A DNA stretch of 64,000 nt. Origin: Amoebophrya sp. A120. Taxonomy: Eukaryota > Protista > Dinoflagellata. A program made the position numbers and the translations under genes. Where the stretch lies: assembly GCA_905178155.1 (NCBI GenBank), contig CAJINV010000004.1:5330258-5394257 (forward strand). Reading direction: 5' to 3'. Below the pieces are notes generated by a model. It worked only from the letters and a program-made list of their open reading frames with translations, was not told the DNA's origin and did not search any database. Numbering within the stretch: the first letter of the stretch is position 1; every line of letters begins with the position of its first letter. Positions 49,901 to 60,200 of this stretch are shown piece after piece.

Positions 49901-52576
49901 ATTACAAATTCGTGTAGCAGTTGAGAATGTAACAGTTGAGAATCCCATATCGCCGACATTGGTGTCGGTACACTCGGAGTCCAGGGGCTCTTGCAGGCTG
50001 CTGATGTCGTTGGGGTACGCAATGTATCAAATGTAAAAATGTCTGGGTCTGGAATAATGCAACTTGTCATGCTAAATCTGAAGCATGCAAAAATCTGTGT
50101 TGCATGATTACCAAAAGTCGTCCAGTTTTGACCAAGTCGGGAGGCGGTTTCTCATGCGGGATGGGCATGAGAAAGATCGCACAGAATCTGTCATGCTAGG
50201 TCCTGCATTCCAGACCTCATGGGTCATGGAAAAGCTGCATGACAAATCGCGCATTCCTACAGACCCAGACACTTTTACATTTGATACAATGGCCATTTTC
50301 CCCGCAAAGGTCTGCGCTACCATGTGGCTCCCGGACAAAACCGCTACGTCAGCAGCGTCGACGGCTGTTTCTAAGCGAGTCGTCGTCGCGGTGGTGGTAG
50401 TGGCTTCGGTGGTGCCGTAAAGCAGGGTCGCGGCGGACAGGTCAACAGCATTTCGATCTTCTTGCTGATTATAACTTTTTTCGTTATCGTTGTGGTGCAC
50501 AACGAGCGCTACCTCACTTGTTGGCGTTCTTTCCACCTTCTTGTTCCTCATTTTTTTCCGTCGCCGCCGCGCTCGCTGGCTTCTCGACCGCTCGAGCGGC
50601 GACTGCAGGCGAAACATCTCCACCAGATCCCCGTCGGCATTTCTAGACTTGACGCAAAACGACGTGCCCGCCGCCTGCAGCGCGAGCGCGTCTTCGGTAC
50701 TAGAGGTTGTTGCTGCGGTATGTTCATGTCCCGCGCCGACTTGATGTCCCGCTGTTGTCCCGCGCGGACCTCCCGCGCAAGGATCGACCCTCGTCTGGCA
50801 CTCGCCCGTGCTGCCTTTCAAGAGAATCCTATGTAAAAACGTCCCCACCCCAGCGTCGCCATGCAGATTTGCCATGACAGGAACATTTGTAGTGCGCAAT
50901 CTAATGACAGGCATTTTCAATCGTGTTTGGGAACTTGTAATGCTGTAAACAGGATCAGCAGATCGATTTGTCATGCGGCTTTCCTTGCGAACTTGCACTA
51001 CCCTGCGGACTGCAACTTGTTATGCGTGACTCCCAAAACTCCTAGGTTTGTGTTGCAGAGTCCCCATCTTGACTCTGGGGTGGGAACGTTTTTGCTGAGG
51101 ATAAGGAGAAAGCTGCCGCAGTCCGCAGTGATAGCGCAGAGGTACCGACATTCCTGCCGAGTGTATTTCCGGTCTGTGTACCTCGCTAGCAAGAATAGAT
51201 TGCCGTTTTCTACTATCTCTGGCTTCATTTGGTTTTCAGTACCATCTTCGTTGTTCAGGCAGCCATTCGCATATAATTCTGTACTTCCTGTGTAGAACTT
51301 TTCCTGTGTAGTACGACCCACAACGCCCTGCTCTGCCGTTGCCACCGCTACGATATGGTGTGAAGTAGTCGCGGACTTTTTCTTCTGAAAATCATCGCTC
51401 TGGTCGCTGTTCTGCGTCGCGCCGACCCGTCGGAGGTAGTGGTGCTCCTTCGGGCACTGCCTCCTCGAGGGAATTTCGGGCACGTCGTCGGCCGGCACGC
51501 ACAACGCATCGTTCCGCGCGATGGAGTACAGGGCGATCGCCTTTTCGGCATACCCAAGCGGCGATGCGGGTGCAGCTCCATCTCCAGCGTCTTCGCGGCG
51601 CTGTGGCTGACCTTGACTTGGTTTCCTTTTTCTCGTCCTGGGTCTCCGACAGCCGTCGGCATAGTACCGGCACACCTGATCCCCGTCAATCGCAAAAAAG
51701 GCGCAGCCCGGCGTCTCCCGGCACACAGCGTCGCACCGCTTCACGGAGCCCCCACCGGTAACTTTTTGGATTTCGACCTCCGCGGCGTTCTCGCACGTAC
51801 CCGCGTACTCCGCCGGACAGAGCAGGGAGGTGGCAGTGTTTTCGTGGAAGCTTGTAGTTTTCTGTGCGGGAGAAGTCGACCGGTAGCCGTTCTTCCCTAC
51901 ACGAGGCGGAGATGAACCTTCTTGGAGGACTGTTCCGCCCTGAAGGTGGTTTTGCAGCGCTGCAGAGGAGGTCTATGAGGGTGCACAACTCCTACTCCGA
52001 CTCCCCCCCTTCATATGTCATGCAAAATATGAAATCAAACCTTTGCTAGTCTTGGCACTTTTTGCATGACAAGTTCGGGAAGCTGCTCAAACAGGACTAC
52101 AATCTCGCGTGGTGAATTCGTCATGCAAAACCTGCACTCTTGCCGACGCGTGTATTGCTGTTTGTGCCATACAAATGAGCAGGGGGACGAGAGGGGGTTG
52201 TGAACTCTCATACAGTTGTCGATCTGCTGGTCGGCGAGGTTTTCAAAGCGCTGTGTCGCGCTATCAAATGCAAAAATGTCTGGGTCTGGAAGAATGCAAC
52301 TTGTGATGCTGCATTTGGATGTCTAAAAAATTTGTGTTGCATGAGCAGCAGAAGGAGTCTAATTTTTGCCAAGCGGAGAGGGCATTTGTCATGCGGAATA
52401 GGCATCAGGAATCCCTCAAAAAAACTGTGATGCTAGGGCATGCATCACAGACATCATGGCTCATGCAAACCGTGCATGACAAGTCTCAGAATCTTCCAGA
52501 CCCAGACATTTTTGCATTTGATACGCGCTGCGAACCAACGACTGAGGCTGGCTACGCGATGGTCGAGATACACCAT
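37943..52576 (-). CDS. Gene 3: ~2749-aa paralog of gene 2; 24 introner introns
   Basis: MVYLDHRVASLSR at 52576, ends LALNEVRVFGRP* at 37943. Removing 24 elements (+5 bp each) leaves 8250 nt (2750 codons). Colinear with gene 2. Confidence 0.8.
38043..38304. mobile_element. Introner A17
   Basis: A TIR (left end TCT); DR TCCGC. Confidence 0.9.
38354..38611. mobile_element. Introner A18
   Basis: A TIR; DR CCGTC. Confidence 0.9.
38901..39188. mobile_element. Introner A19
   Basis: Degenerate A TIR; DR CAGCA/CAACA. Confidence 0.85.
40516..40797. mobile_element. Introner A20
   Basis: Degenerate A TIR; DR AATAC. Confidence 0.85.
41097..41362. mobile_element. Introner A21
   Basis: A TIR; DR CCTCG. 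Confidence 0.9.
41743..42048. mobile_element. Introner D3
   Basis: D TIR; DR CGAAG. Confidence 0.9.
42128..42380. mobile_element. Introner A22
   Basis: A TIR; DR GCGTC. Confidence 0.9.
42430..42652. mobile_element. Introner E4
   Basis: E TIR; DR GAACT. Confidence 0.9.
42711..42975. mobile_element. Introner A23
   Basis: A TIR; DR CGAAA. Confidence 0.9.
43046..43333. mobile_element. Introner B5
   Basis: B TIR; DR TTGGC. Confidence 0.9.
43400..43653. mobile_element. Introner A24
   Basis: A TIR; DR TGCTG/CACTG. Confidence 0.9.
43780..44041. mobile_element. Introner A25
   Basis: A TIR; DR CATGC. Confidence 0.9.
44128..44439. mobile_element. Introner G2
   Basis: Homologous to G1; DR TCGTT. 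Confidence 0.85.
45087..45395. mobile_element. Introner D4
   Basis: D TIR; DR CTCGA. Confidence 0.9.
46069..46330. mobile_element. Introner A26
   Basis: A TIR; DR CATCG/CACCG. Confidence 0.9.
47697..47841. mobile_element. Introner J1
   Basis: Family J TIR TATG...TGCAAAAGTATCG.ACTCGTA; DR TTGCC. Confidence 0.85.
47903..48058. mobile_element. Introner J2
   Basis: J TIR (left end CAT); DR AGCCC. Confidence 0.85.
48703..48985. mobile_element. Introner B6
   Basis: B TIR; DR GGTCG. Confidence 0.9.
49074..49379. mobile_element. Introner D5
   Basis: D TIR; DR TGAGC/CGAGC. Confidence 0.9.
49708..49949. mobile_element. Introner K1
   Basis: TIR TATG...TTCTCAA.TGTTACATTCTCAACTG; DR TCGCC. Confidence 0.85.
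50025..50286. mobile_element. Introner A27
   Basis: A TIR; DR CAATG. Confidence 0.9.
50825..51103. mobile_element. Introner B7
   Basis: B TIR (left end AAT); DR AAGAG/AGGAG. Confidence 0.9.
51974..52212. mobile_element. Introner E5
   Basis: E TIR; DR decayed (AGGTC/CAGTT) but frame restored. Confidence 0.85.
52262..52523. mobile_element. Introner A28
   Basis: A TIR; DR CGCGC. Confidence 0.9.
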
Positions 52577-52610
52577 GCCGGCGGTCCTCCGCCGCCGCCG
52601 GCCGAAGCGG

Positions 52611-52760
52611 TATCCTCTGCAAAAGTATCGTACTCGTAGTAATTGCATTTATGCATTACAAATCTCTTCCTCAAAGTGAATCAGCATCACAAATTCAATT
52701 TGTAATGCTGGGGGAATTTGTAATGCAATTTATACTAGTACGATACTTTTGCATTGCATA
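52611..52760. mobile_element. Introner J3 (probable 5' UTR of gene 3)
   Basis: J TIR; DR AGCGG. Confidence 0.9.
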
Positions 52761-53758
52761 AGCGGAAGCTGCCACCAAAGGACCGATCGGGACCGAGTGG
52801 AGCAGCGACCGATCCCAAAATCGCACCGATCTAGGTCACCATTGTCCCAGGAAAGAACTTGTTCTACTTCGATATGATAATCTTAATCCGAAGATCATAA
52901 TTGGTCGATAGGTTCGGTGTAGTTTCGGTATTGGGTCGGTAAAAAAATTCATTTAGAACGTTATATTTCCATACACACAAAGATAGACCTTTCGCTCCAA
53001 GCAGAAGTTCCAGTTGCGAAGAAGGCTCGTAGTACTTGGATTCACGCAGAATTGCCTAGCTTGTTGTTCCAATTGAACAACATCGACTCAATCACAATCA
53101 CTCCGGGGACCACATTGAAAGTTCTTCTACCGAAAATTCGCATTATGGCAGGCGCCGATCCTCAAGAAGTAGTAGAAGCAATACAATGATCCAGCTACTT
53201 GTTACAACTTCGCTCAAGTTGTAGTCGGCTGGACACCTTTCTCTCGCGTAGTAACTTCCTTCGGCACGACAAGTGGTTCCTTCGGTAGTACAAGTGTGAT
53301 ATCATGGGACGACGATGGGGAACAATGGCAATTATGGGTCCGGTTTTCAACGGTGTAAGCAGTTCGTACCCAACCCACCATGACGCACGCCAGTCCTCGC
53401 GATTATGATGTCGTCCTTTAGTTGTACGTAGCTGTAAGTACCCATCAACATCTTCGATCATGATCAATATCATTGTACAATAGTACATTTCGTGGTTTCT
53501 TTGCTGGTCTTCTGGGTTTCTTCGAAACTACGGTCCAATCATCATACAAGGGATCAACATCTTACAGCCTTCTATGCCCATACGAAAGCTAGTATCTTCT
53601 TCCCACGACAGCAGCACCAATAGAGCTGCAATAGTGCGACTTTCAAATTGGACATTGCGTATCTATGTAAAAAATTCAGATGTGACGACTGCATCATGGT
53701 TGTTCCCTACGTTTTCTTTGAAAAACTCTTGTCAAAAAAAAACCTTCGAATAAGTCGA

Positions 53759-54012
53759 TATCAAATGCAAATATGTCTGGGTCTGGAAACTTGTGATGCT
53801 AAAATGTGGATGATGGAAGCAGTTCCGAATGCAACCTAGCATGAGAACTTGCCAGAACGCTGTCGCATAGGCAATCCGCATGCGAAACTGCGTGTTTGCA
53901 TGTACAAAAGAGGCTGCGGCTTTTGTTGGTTATGCAATACAGATTTCGTAAGTACGGAAAGCTGGCATTACAAGTTCCAACCTTCCAGACCCAGACATTT
54001 TTGCATTCGATA
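53759..54012. mobile_element. Introner A29 (UTR or intergenic)
   Basis: A TIR; DR GTCGA. Confidence 0.9.
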
Positions 54013-54253
54013 GTCGATGTGATCTTACCCAATCTGTCAGCCATGTTGCTATGCTTCAGATCATCGTGCTGATCATGTGCTCTAGTACTTCTACAACTCC
54101 AATACGATTGCCTTTTCTTCTTGTTCCTTAGATTTATATATTGACTTTGGTATCGACGCTCGTCCTAGCCGGACTCGGATTCAACTTCACTGCTGAAAAA
54201 AGCACAGCTAAGGTAGTGGTGGTGCCGTTTTCACACAGCAGGATAGTTATCTT

Positions 54254-57200
54254 CTATAGGAGCACATCCGGGTCGGCCCCCTGGTAGAAGTGAATTCCGC
54301 AAAACGACAAACTTGTCAGATCCTGAGTAAAAACGTACCCACACCAGAGTCAGGATGGGGATTTTGCAACACAAACCTAGGAGTTTTGTGAGTCACGCAT
54401 GACAAGTTGCGCTATGCAGTGTAGTGCAGGTTAGCAAGTACAGCCGCGTCACAGATTCATCTGCTCATCCTGTTCATAGCATCACAAATTCCAAAACACG
54501 ATTGGAAATGGCTCTCATGGGGATGCGCATTACAAGTCTGCCTGTCTTTGCAAATCTGCATTACAACTCTGGTGTGGGTACGTTTTTACTCAGGATATGT
54601 CACGCCAGGCGCCTCGATCTTGATCGACCGCATGCGCCGCTGCACCGGCACCCACGTCCCCGTGGGCTTGATCTCTATGCATTGCAAAAATGTCTGGGTC
54701 TTACTTGTCATGCTAAGTCTGGATAGTACAGAAATTTGTGTTGCATGATTACCAAAGAGCGTCCACGTTTGAACAAGTGTAGTGGCAGTTTGTCATGCGG
54801 GATAGATATGATAGAGACTTCGCAGAACCTGTCATGCTAGGTCCTGCATTGCAGACCTCTTGGGGCATACAAAATATGCATGACAAATTCGCACCCTTCC
54901 AGAGCAAGACATATTTGCATTTCATAATCTCCGCCGGGAGCTGAAACGTGACGTTCGGTTCGTCGTCAAAATAGACATTGGCGTTCGGCAGGTTCCTATC
55001 CAGGAATAAAAGTGTAGTAAAGTGAAAACTTGCCATGCAAAGCACAATAAATCAGTAGCTCGGTTGGATGATTATTACCATCACAAAGACATCAAATTCG
55101 TTTTGCGTTTAAAAAACAAAACCTGTCATGCGCAGGTAGTATCACTAAAAACACGTCGCACGAAACTAGCCCGTGATGCAGATCCAGCATGACAAGTGTG
55201 AATGTCTTGCGTCGTCCGCCGCACAAACCATACACAACTTACACAGTTTTTTTCTTGGATATTTTCCAAACGCTGTGTCGCCCTCGATGTCCGCGGAGAA
55301 AATTTCGAAGCCTTCAGCGTTATCCTTTGCAAAAGTATCGTAGTAAAAGTAATCGCAGTCACGCATGACAAAGTTCTTTTCTAATCTAAATCAGCATGAC
55401 AAACTCCATTTGTTTCTACTTGTCATGCTGAGCTGCCAACCTGTCTTGCAATCTTACTGCTAGTATGATACTTTTGCAAGGCATAAACGTACCGTCCGAA
55501 CATCTCGTAGATGTCGATTCCCACCGGCGTTTGCTCGTTTCTTTCCAAAAGCATACTACGGTCCTCATCATCTGCTGCTGTACTATCTCCTTTTTCTTCG
55601 TCTTCATCTTCTGTGACTGTGTTTCCCAAAAACGTGTCCGCCACTTTCCGCAAGAAGGTTGCTGCACTGCCGCTAGTACCAGAGCCGCTGCTGTTGCTTG
55701 TGTTGGAAGAAGTAGCTGCGAAGGCATTATTACCGCTAGTACTGCTGTTAGTGTTCGTGTTATTCCCCATCGGAAACTGGCTCTGCACTTGGTCTGAGAA
55801 CGCCGACAACTCGGCGCGCCAAAACGGCAGCAGAAGCGAGCTGTTGGAGTCGCCCGTGTGCATGCAAAATCGGTCCGTGGTGGGAATGTAGTCGTACTTG
55901 AAGATCTTGGATCCCTTTCGGTTATCAAAAGGGCGGTTAAAAACATTGCCCGCCCCGCACAAATACTTGAATCCGCCTATGCCGCTGCAGCCGGGCGCCC
56001 CGCTGCCGTCGAACTGCGTCGCGTTCCACGCGTTGTTTTTGGTTTCGATGAAATTCAACGGCAGGTCCGGGTCGGCGGAATTCTCGAACTTCCGCTGTTA
56101 TCAAATGCAAATATGTCTGGGTCTGGAAGAGTCCTGCTGTTTTTGCATGACACAGAAGGCCTGGCATGGAAGCTCTAGCGTCACAGGTTTCGAGAAGCTT
56201 CCGCAATGCCGAATCCGCATGACAAATCCCCCATTTTGGTGACAGAAAGTGGGCAGTTTTTGCTACCTATGCATAAGAGATCCTTCTGTGTTCTGGAATG
56301 CGCATCACAAGTTTGTATTATTCCAGACCCAGACATTTTTGCAGTGCATAGCTGTTTCCTTCCCCCGCAGAAGCACACCCGCCGCTGGGATTCCAAAGTC
56401 GGACGCGCGCTGCACTGGGACTTCAGCCCGTGGTCGTACATTTGCTTGTTATACCGCAAGCACTTCCAGCTGGTAGTCGCCGCCCCCTGGGTTTGTTCCT
56501 CGACGACAGGCGAGAAGAAACTGTCCTCCACCCCGACCTCCTCTGTGCTCTTGTCGCACGTCATATGAATGTGCACGACTCCCCCTCCCCCTCATTTGTC
56601 ATGCAAAATGCCCAATCCAGGCCGTGCCTCCTAGCACTGTTCGCATGATGACAAGTTCTGGCAGCCCAAATAGCACTACAATCTTGTGCAACTCTGTCAT
56701 GCAAAACCTGCATTCTGGCTGGCGCTTGTATTGCCGTTCATGCTACACAAATGAGGGGGAGGGGGAGTTGTGCTCTTGTCGCACGTCAAGCCCAGCGTGG
56801 CGAACTTCTCGGCCACCCGGGCCGTGTCCAAAGTCGTTTCGCTCGTTTCCTCGCTGTTGCTATCAAATGCAAGAAATATGTCTGGGTCTGGAAGGAAGCA
56901 AGGTTTGCCATGCACATTTTGCATGACTCCTGATGTCTGTGATGCATGCCCTAGCATCACAGATTTTGTGAGGGCTTCCTGAAGCCTATACCGCATCAGA
57001 ACTGTTTTTTTGCTGTTCATGCAATACAGATTCATTGTAGAATTCACATTCAGCATCACAGGCTGCATCCCTCCAGACCCAGACAACATATTTGCAATGC
57101 ATAGTTGCAGGGCAGCCCCAGCTCCGCGCACTTCTCGTCGCACGACTGCAGCGGGTCGGCCACGCAGTATCGCAAGAAAAAACTGTTTCACTGTAAATCT

Positions 57201-60200
57201 GTAATGCGGAAAATGCATCACTGAAGTGTTTGTCTTGCTATACATGCAAGACAAGTGACTTTTAGCGGTGTTCTCCCTTAGGAACCTCGCATGGCAAGTT
57301 TTCTTTGTAATGTGTAGCGAACTTGTAATGCAAAACTTGCAAAATCCTTACAGTGAAACAGTTTTTTCTGACGATACGTAGTACTGCCCCAAAACCGGCG
57401 GCGGCGCCTCGTACAGCCACAGGCCGCAGAAGCACATCTCCTTCTTCGCGTTCCCCGCCCCAAATTGCTGCAGTTGCACGGAGTCAATGTGCTGGTTGAC
57501 CGCGATCCAGGCGCCGCGCGCGGACACCAGCCCCGGAGTCTGCGTGCGACTGAGGAAAGAAGAAACAGCGGAGGAGGTGGTGCTGTTGACGTCCGTTTCG
57601 TAGTTTTCCTTGTAGTAACTGATCCGGGCGTTTTGCACCCCCGTGCGGCACTCGGCGGTCAGGTCCCCGTTCGCGAAGATTGAGAAGCCCGCGATGTACT
57701 TTTTCGTGTCCAAATCCACCCGCCAGTAGCTGTGACTCGCTTGCGCCGTCGCCGGGCCGGTCTTCGTGCAATACCCCACGTTCGCCAGCGTGACCCAACC
57801 GTAGCTGCTGAAGTCGTTCTCCGGCCGGAGGAGCACGTTGACCGCCCCGGTGGTCGGCGGCGGCGGGTCCACGCTCGCCTCCGGCCCGCTCTGCGCGACC
57901 GTCAGGAACTTCTCGTCGATTTTCGATCCGTGCCCCCCGGAAAGCCCGTCGGTGGAAGGCTTGCAGGAGCTCATGGCGTAATAGTCGAAGTCCGTCACGT
58001 TCCCGCTCGGCTCGCAGCCCTCCTGGAACAGCCAGCAGGCCGCCTTTTTGTGCTGCAAGAAAAACCCGCCGCAGGCTTCGGTCTCGGAGCACAAGTACCG
58101 GCACTCTTGCACGGAGTAAATCCTGTCGTTGTAAACCGCCCCAGTCGCGATCTGCTTGTCCGCGGCGTTGCCGCAGAAACCACGGCTCCACGTCCGCGGG
58201 CACGACGCCGGGCCCACGCGGGGCACGAAGCGCTTGCACTTCTGGTCCATCGTGTCCAAGTCGAAATATCCTGAGTAAAAACGTCCCCACCCCAGAGTCA
58301 AGATGGGGATTTTGCAACACAAACCTCGAAGTTTTGGCAGTCACGCATGACAAATTGCAGGCTGTATTATAGTTCAGTTTAACACGGGAACTCGCGTTAC
58401 AAATCCATCTGCTCATCCTGCTCACAGCATTACAAGTTCCAAAACACGATCGGAAATGCCTATTATGGGAATGCGCATTACAAGCGCTCTCGTGTTTGCA
58501 GATCTGCATGACAACTCTGGGGTGGGGACGTTTTTACACGGGATACGAAAAAGAGAAAACTCTTGGTCGACGGCGGGTCCTCCACGACGCAGTTGCTCTT
58601 CCCCTGGTAATACGTCAACTCCCCCGTTTCCGAGCTCCGCGCAAAGCCCTGGCACCGTCTTATGCAGGAAAATAAAGAACACTGTGTTTTTAGTGTAACT
58701 CCTTTATCAGAATCACAAATTTGTCACGCGGAGATAGTGCGTGAAACAAACGCCTATGCCAGTCTCTATCACGCACCATCTGCAACACAAAGTTCTTACA
58801 CTTTTATATACACAGTCTTCTTCTCACATACGCTTTTCCTCGTCCCCCGTCGCAAACCCGCGGCCGCGACAGTAGTTCTTCAGATCCGTCAACCTGACCG
58901 GGCGCTGGATTCGCGTGTCCAGGGGGTTCACCTGGCCCGTCTGCTTAAACAGGTCCTCTTCCGGGATGACTTGCGCCCCACTGGACGCGCAGTTCCCGAC
59001 GAACTTTGCGGGACAGACCTCGCCCCGGATCGTGCTGTGCAAGTAAAAAAACTGTGTTAGTGTAGATTTCTCTTGGTGTCAGCATGACAACCCTGTTTTG
59101 CATGGCACCAGAGAAATCCTGTCATGCACAGCTAGTGCAAGAAAAAACGTCCGAAGACAGGGTATCATGTCTGGTCACCAGCATGACAAGTGTATAGATC
59201 CTGTTTTGCATTTTCTGCATCAAAGAATCACACGACTTACACACTTTTTTTCCTGGATACGTGCACTGGTCGAGGTAGTAGCCCTCCATTTCCCCGGTGA
59301 GGTCCAAGTCCACCTCGCAGCCCGCGTATTTCAGCTCGCAAGCGCCGGTAGCTTTGGTGAGGAAGAAACTGTCGCAGTTGTCCGTCACGCTGCACAGAAA
59401 CCGACACTCTTCTAGGGATATCAAATGCACAAATGTCTGGGTCTGGATGAGTGTAGGAGTTTGTCATGCAACTTTTGGAAGACCCATTATGTCTGTGATG
59501 TATGCTCTAGCCTTACAGATTTTGCAAGGGCTTCCTCATGCCTATACCGTATGAGAAATTCCCCGTCCGCGTAGCAAAAACTGGACTCCTGCTGCTGCTT
59601 ATGCAATACAGATTTTTGTAGAATCCACAGGCAGCATCACAAGTTACAACCTTCCAGGCCCATACATATTTGCATTTGATAAGGGAGTAAGCCCGGTCGA
59701 AATACTTGGCGATCGTCATTTGCTCCTCGGTCTTGTTGACGGAAGCCGGCTATGCATTGCAGATATGGCTATGTCTGGAAATTAGGAACAAAAGTCGCAG
59801 GCAAAAAAAAACGCAGTTTTCCATCCGATTTGCGAATGAGAAAGTTTTCTGCAAACTTGTCACTGTCACATGCTTTCTTGCATAGGGAGGTGCTTTATTC
59901 CTTATGCACATTTTAGCATCACAAATTTATTCCAGACTCAAACATATTTGCATTTGATACCGGTACGCAGCCGCCGTCGATCGCCACCCGGCATTCCTTG
60001 ATCCGAGGAATGTTGAACGCGGACTTGCAGACGTTGAGACCCTATCGTATGTAAAAGTGTCTCGGTCTGGAAGAATGCAAGATTTGTCATGCGTATTTCT
60101 CATGACCCATGACGCCTGTAATGCATGAGCTAGCATCGCAGACTTTTAGAGGGCTTCCTGATGCACCTTCCGCATGAGAAATGCCCTGTCCGTGCAGCAC

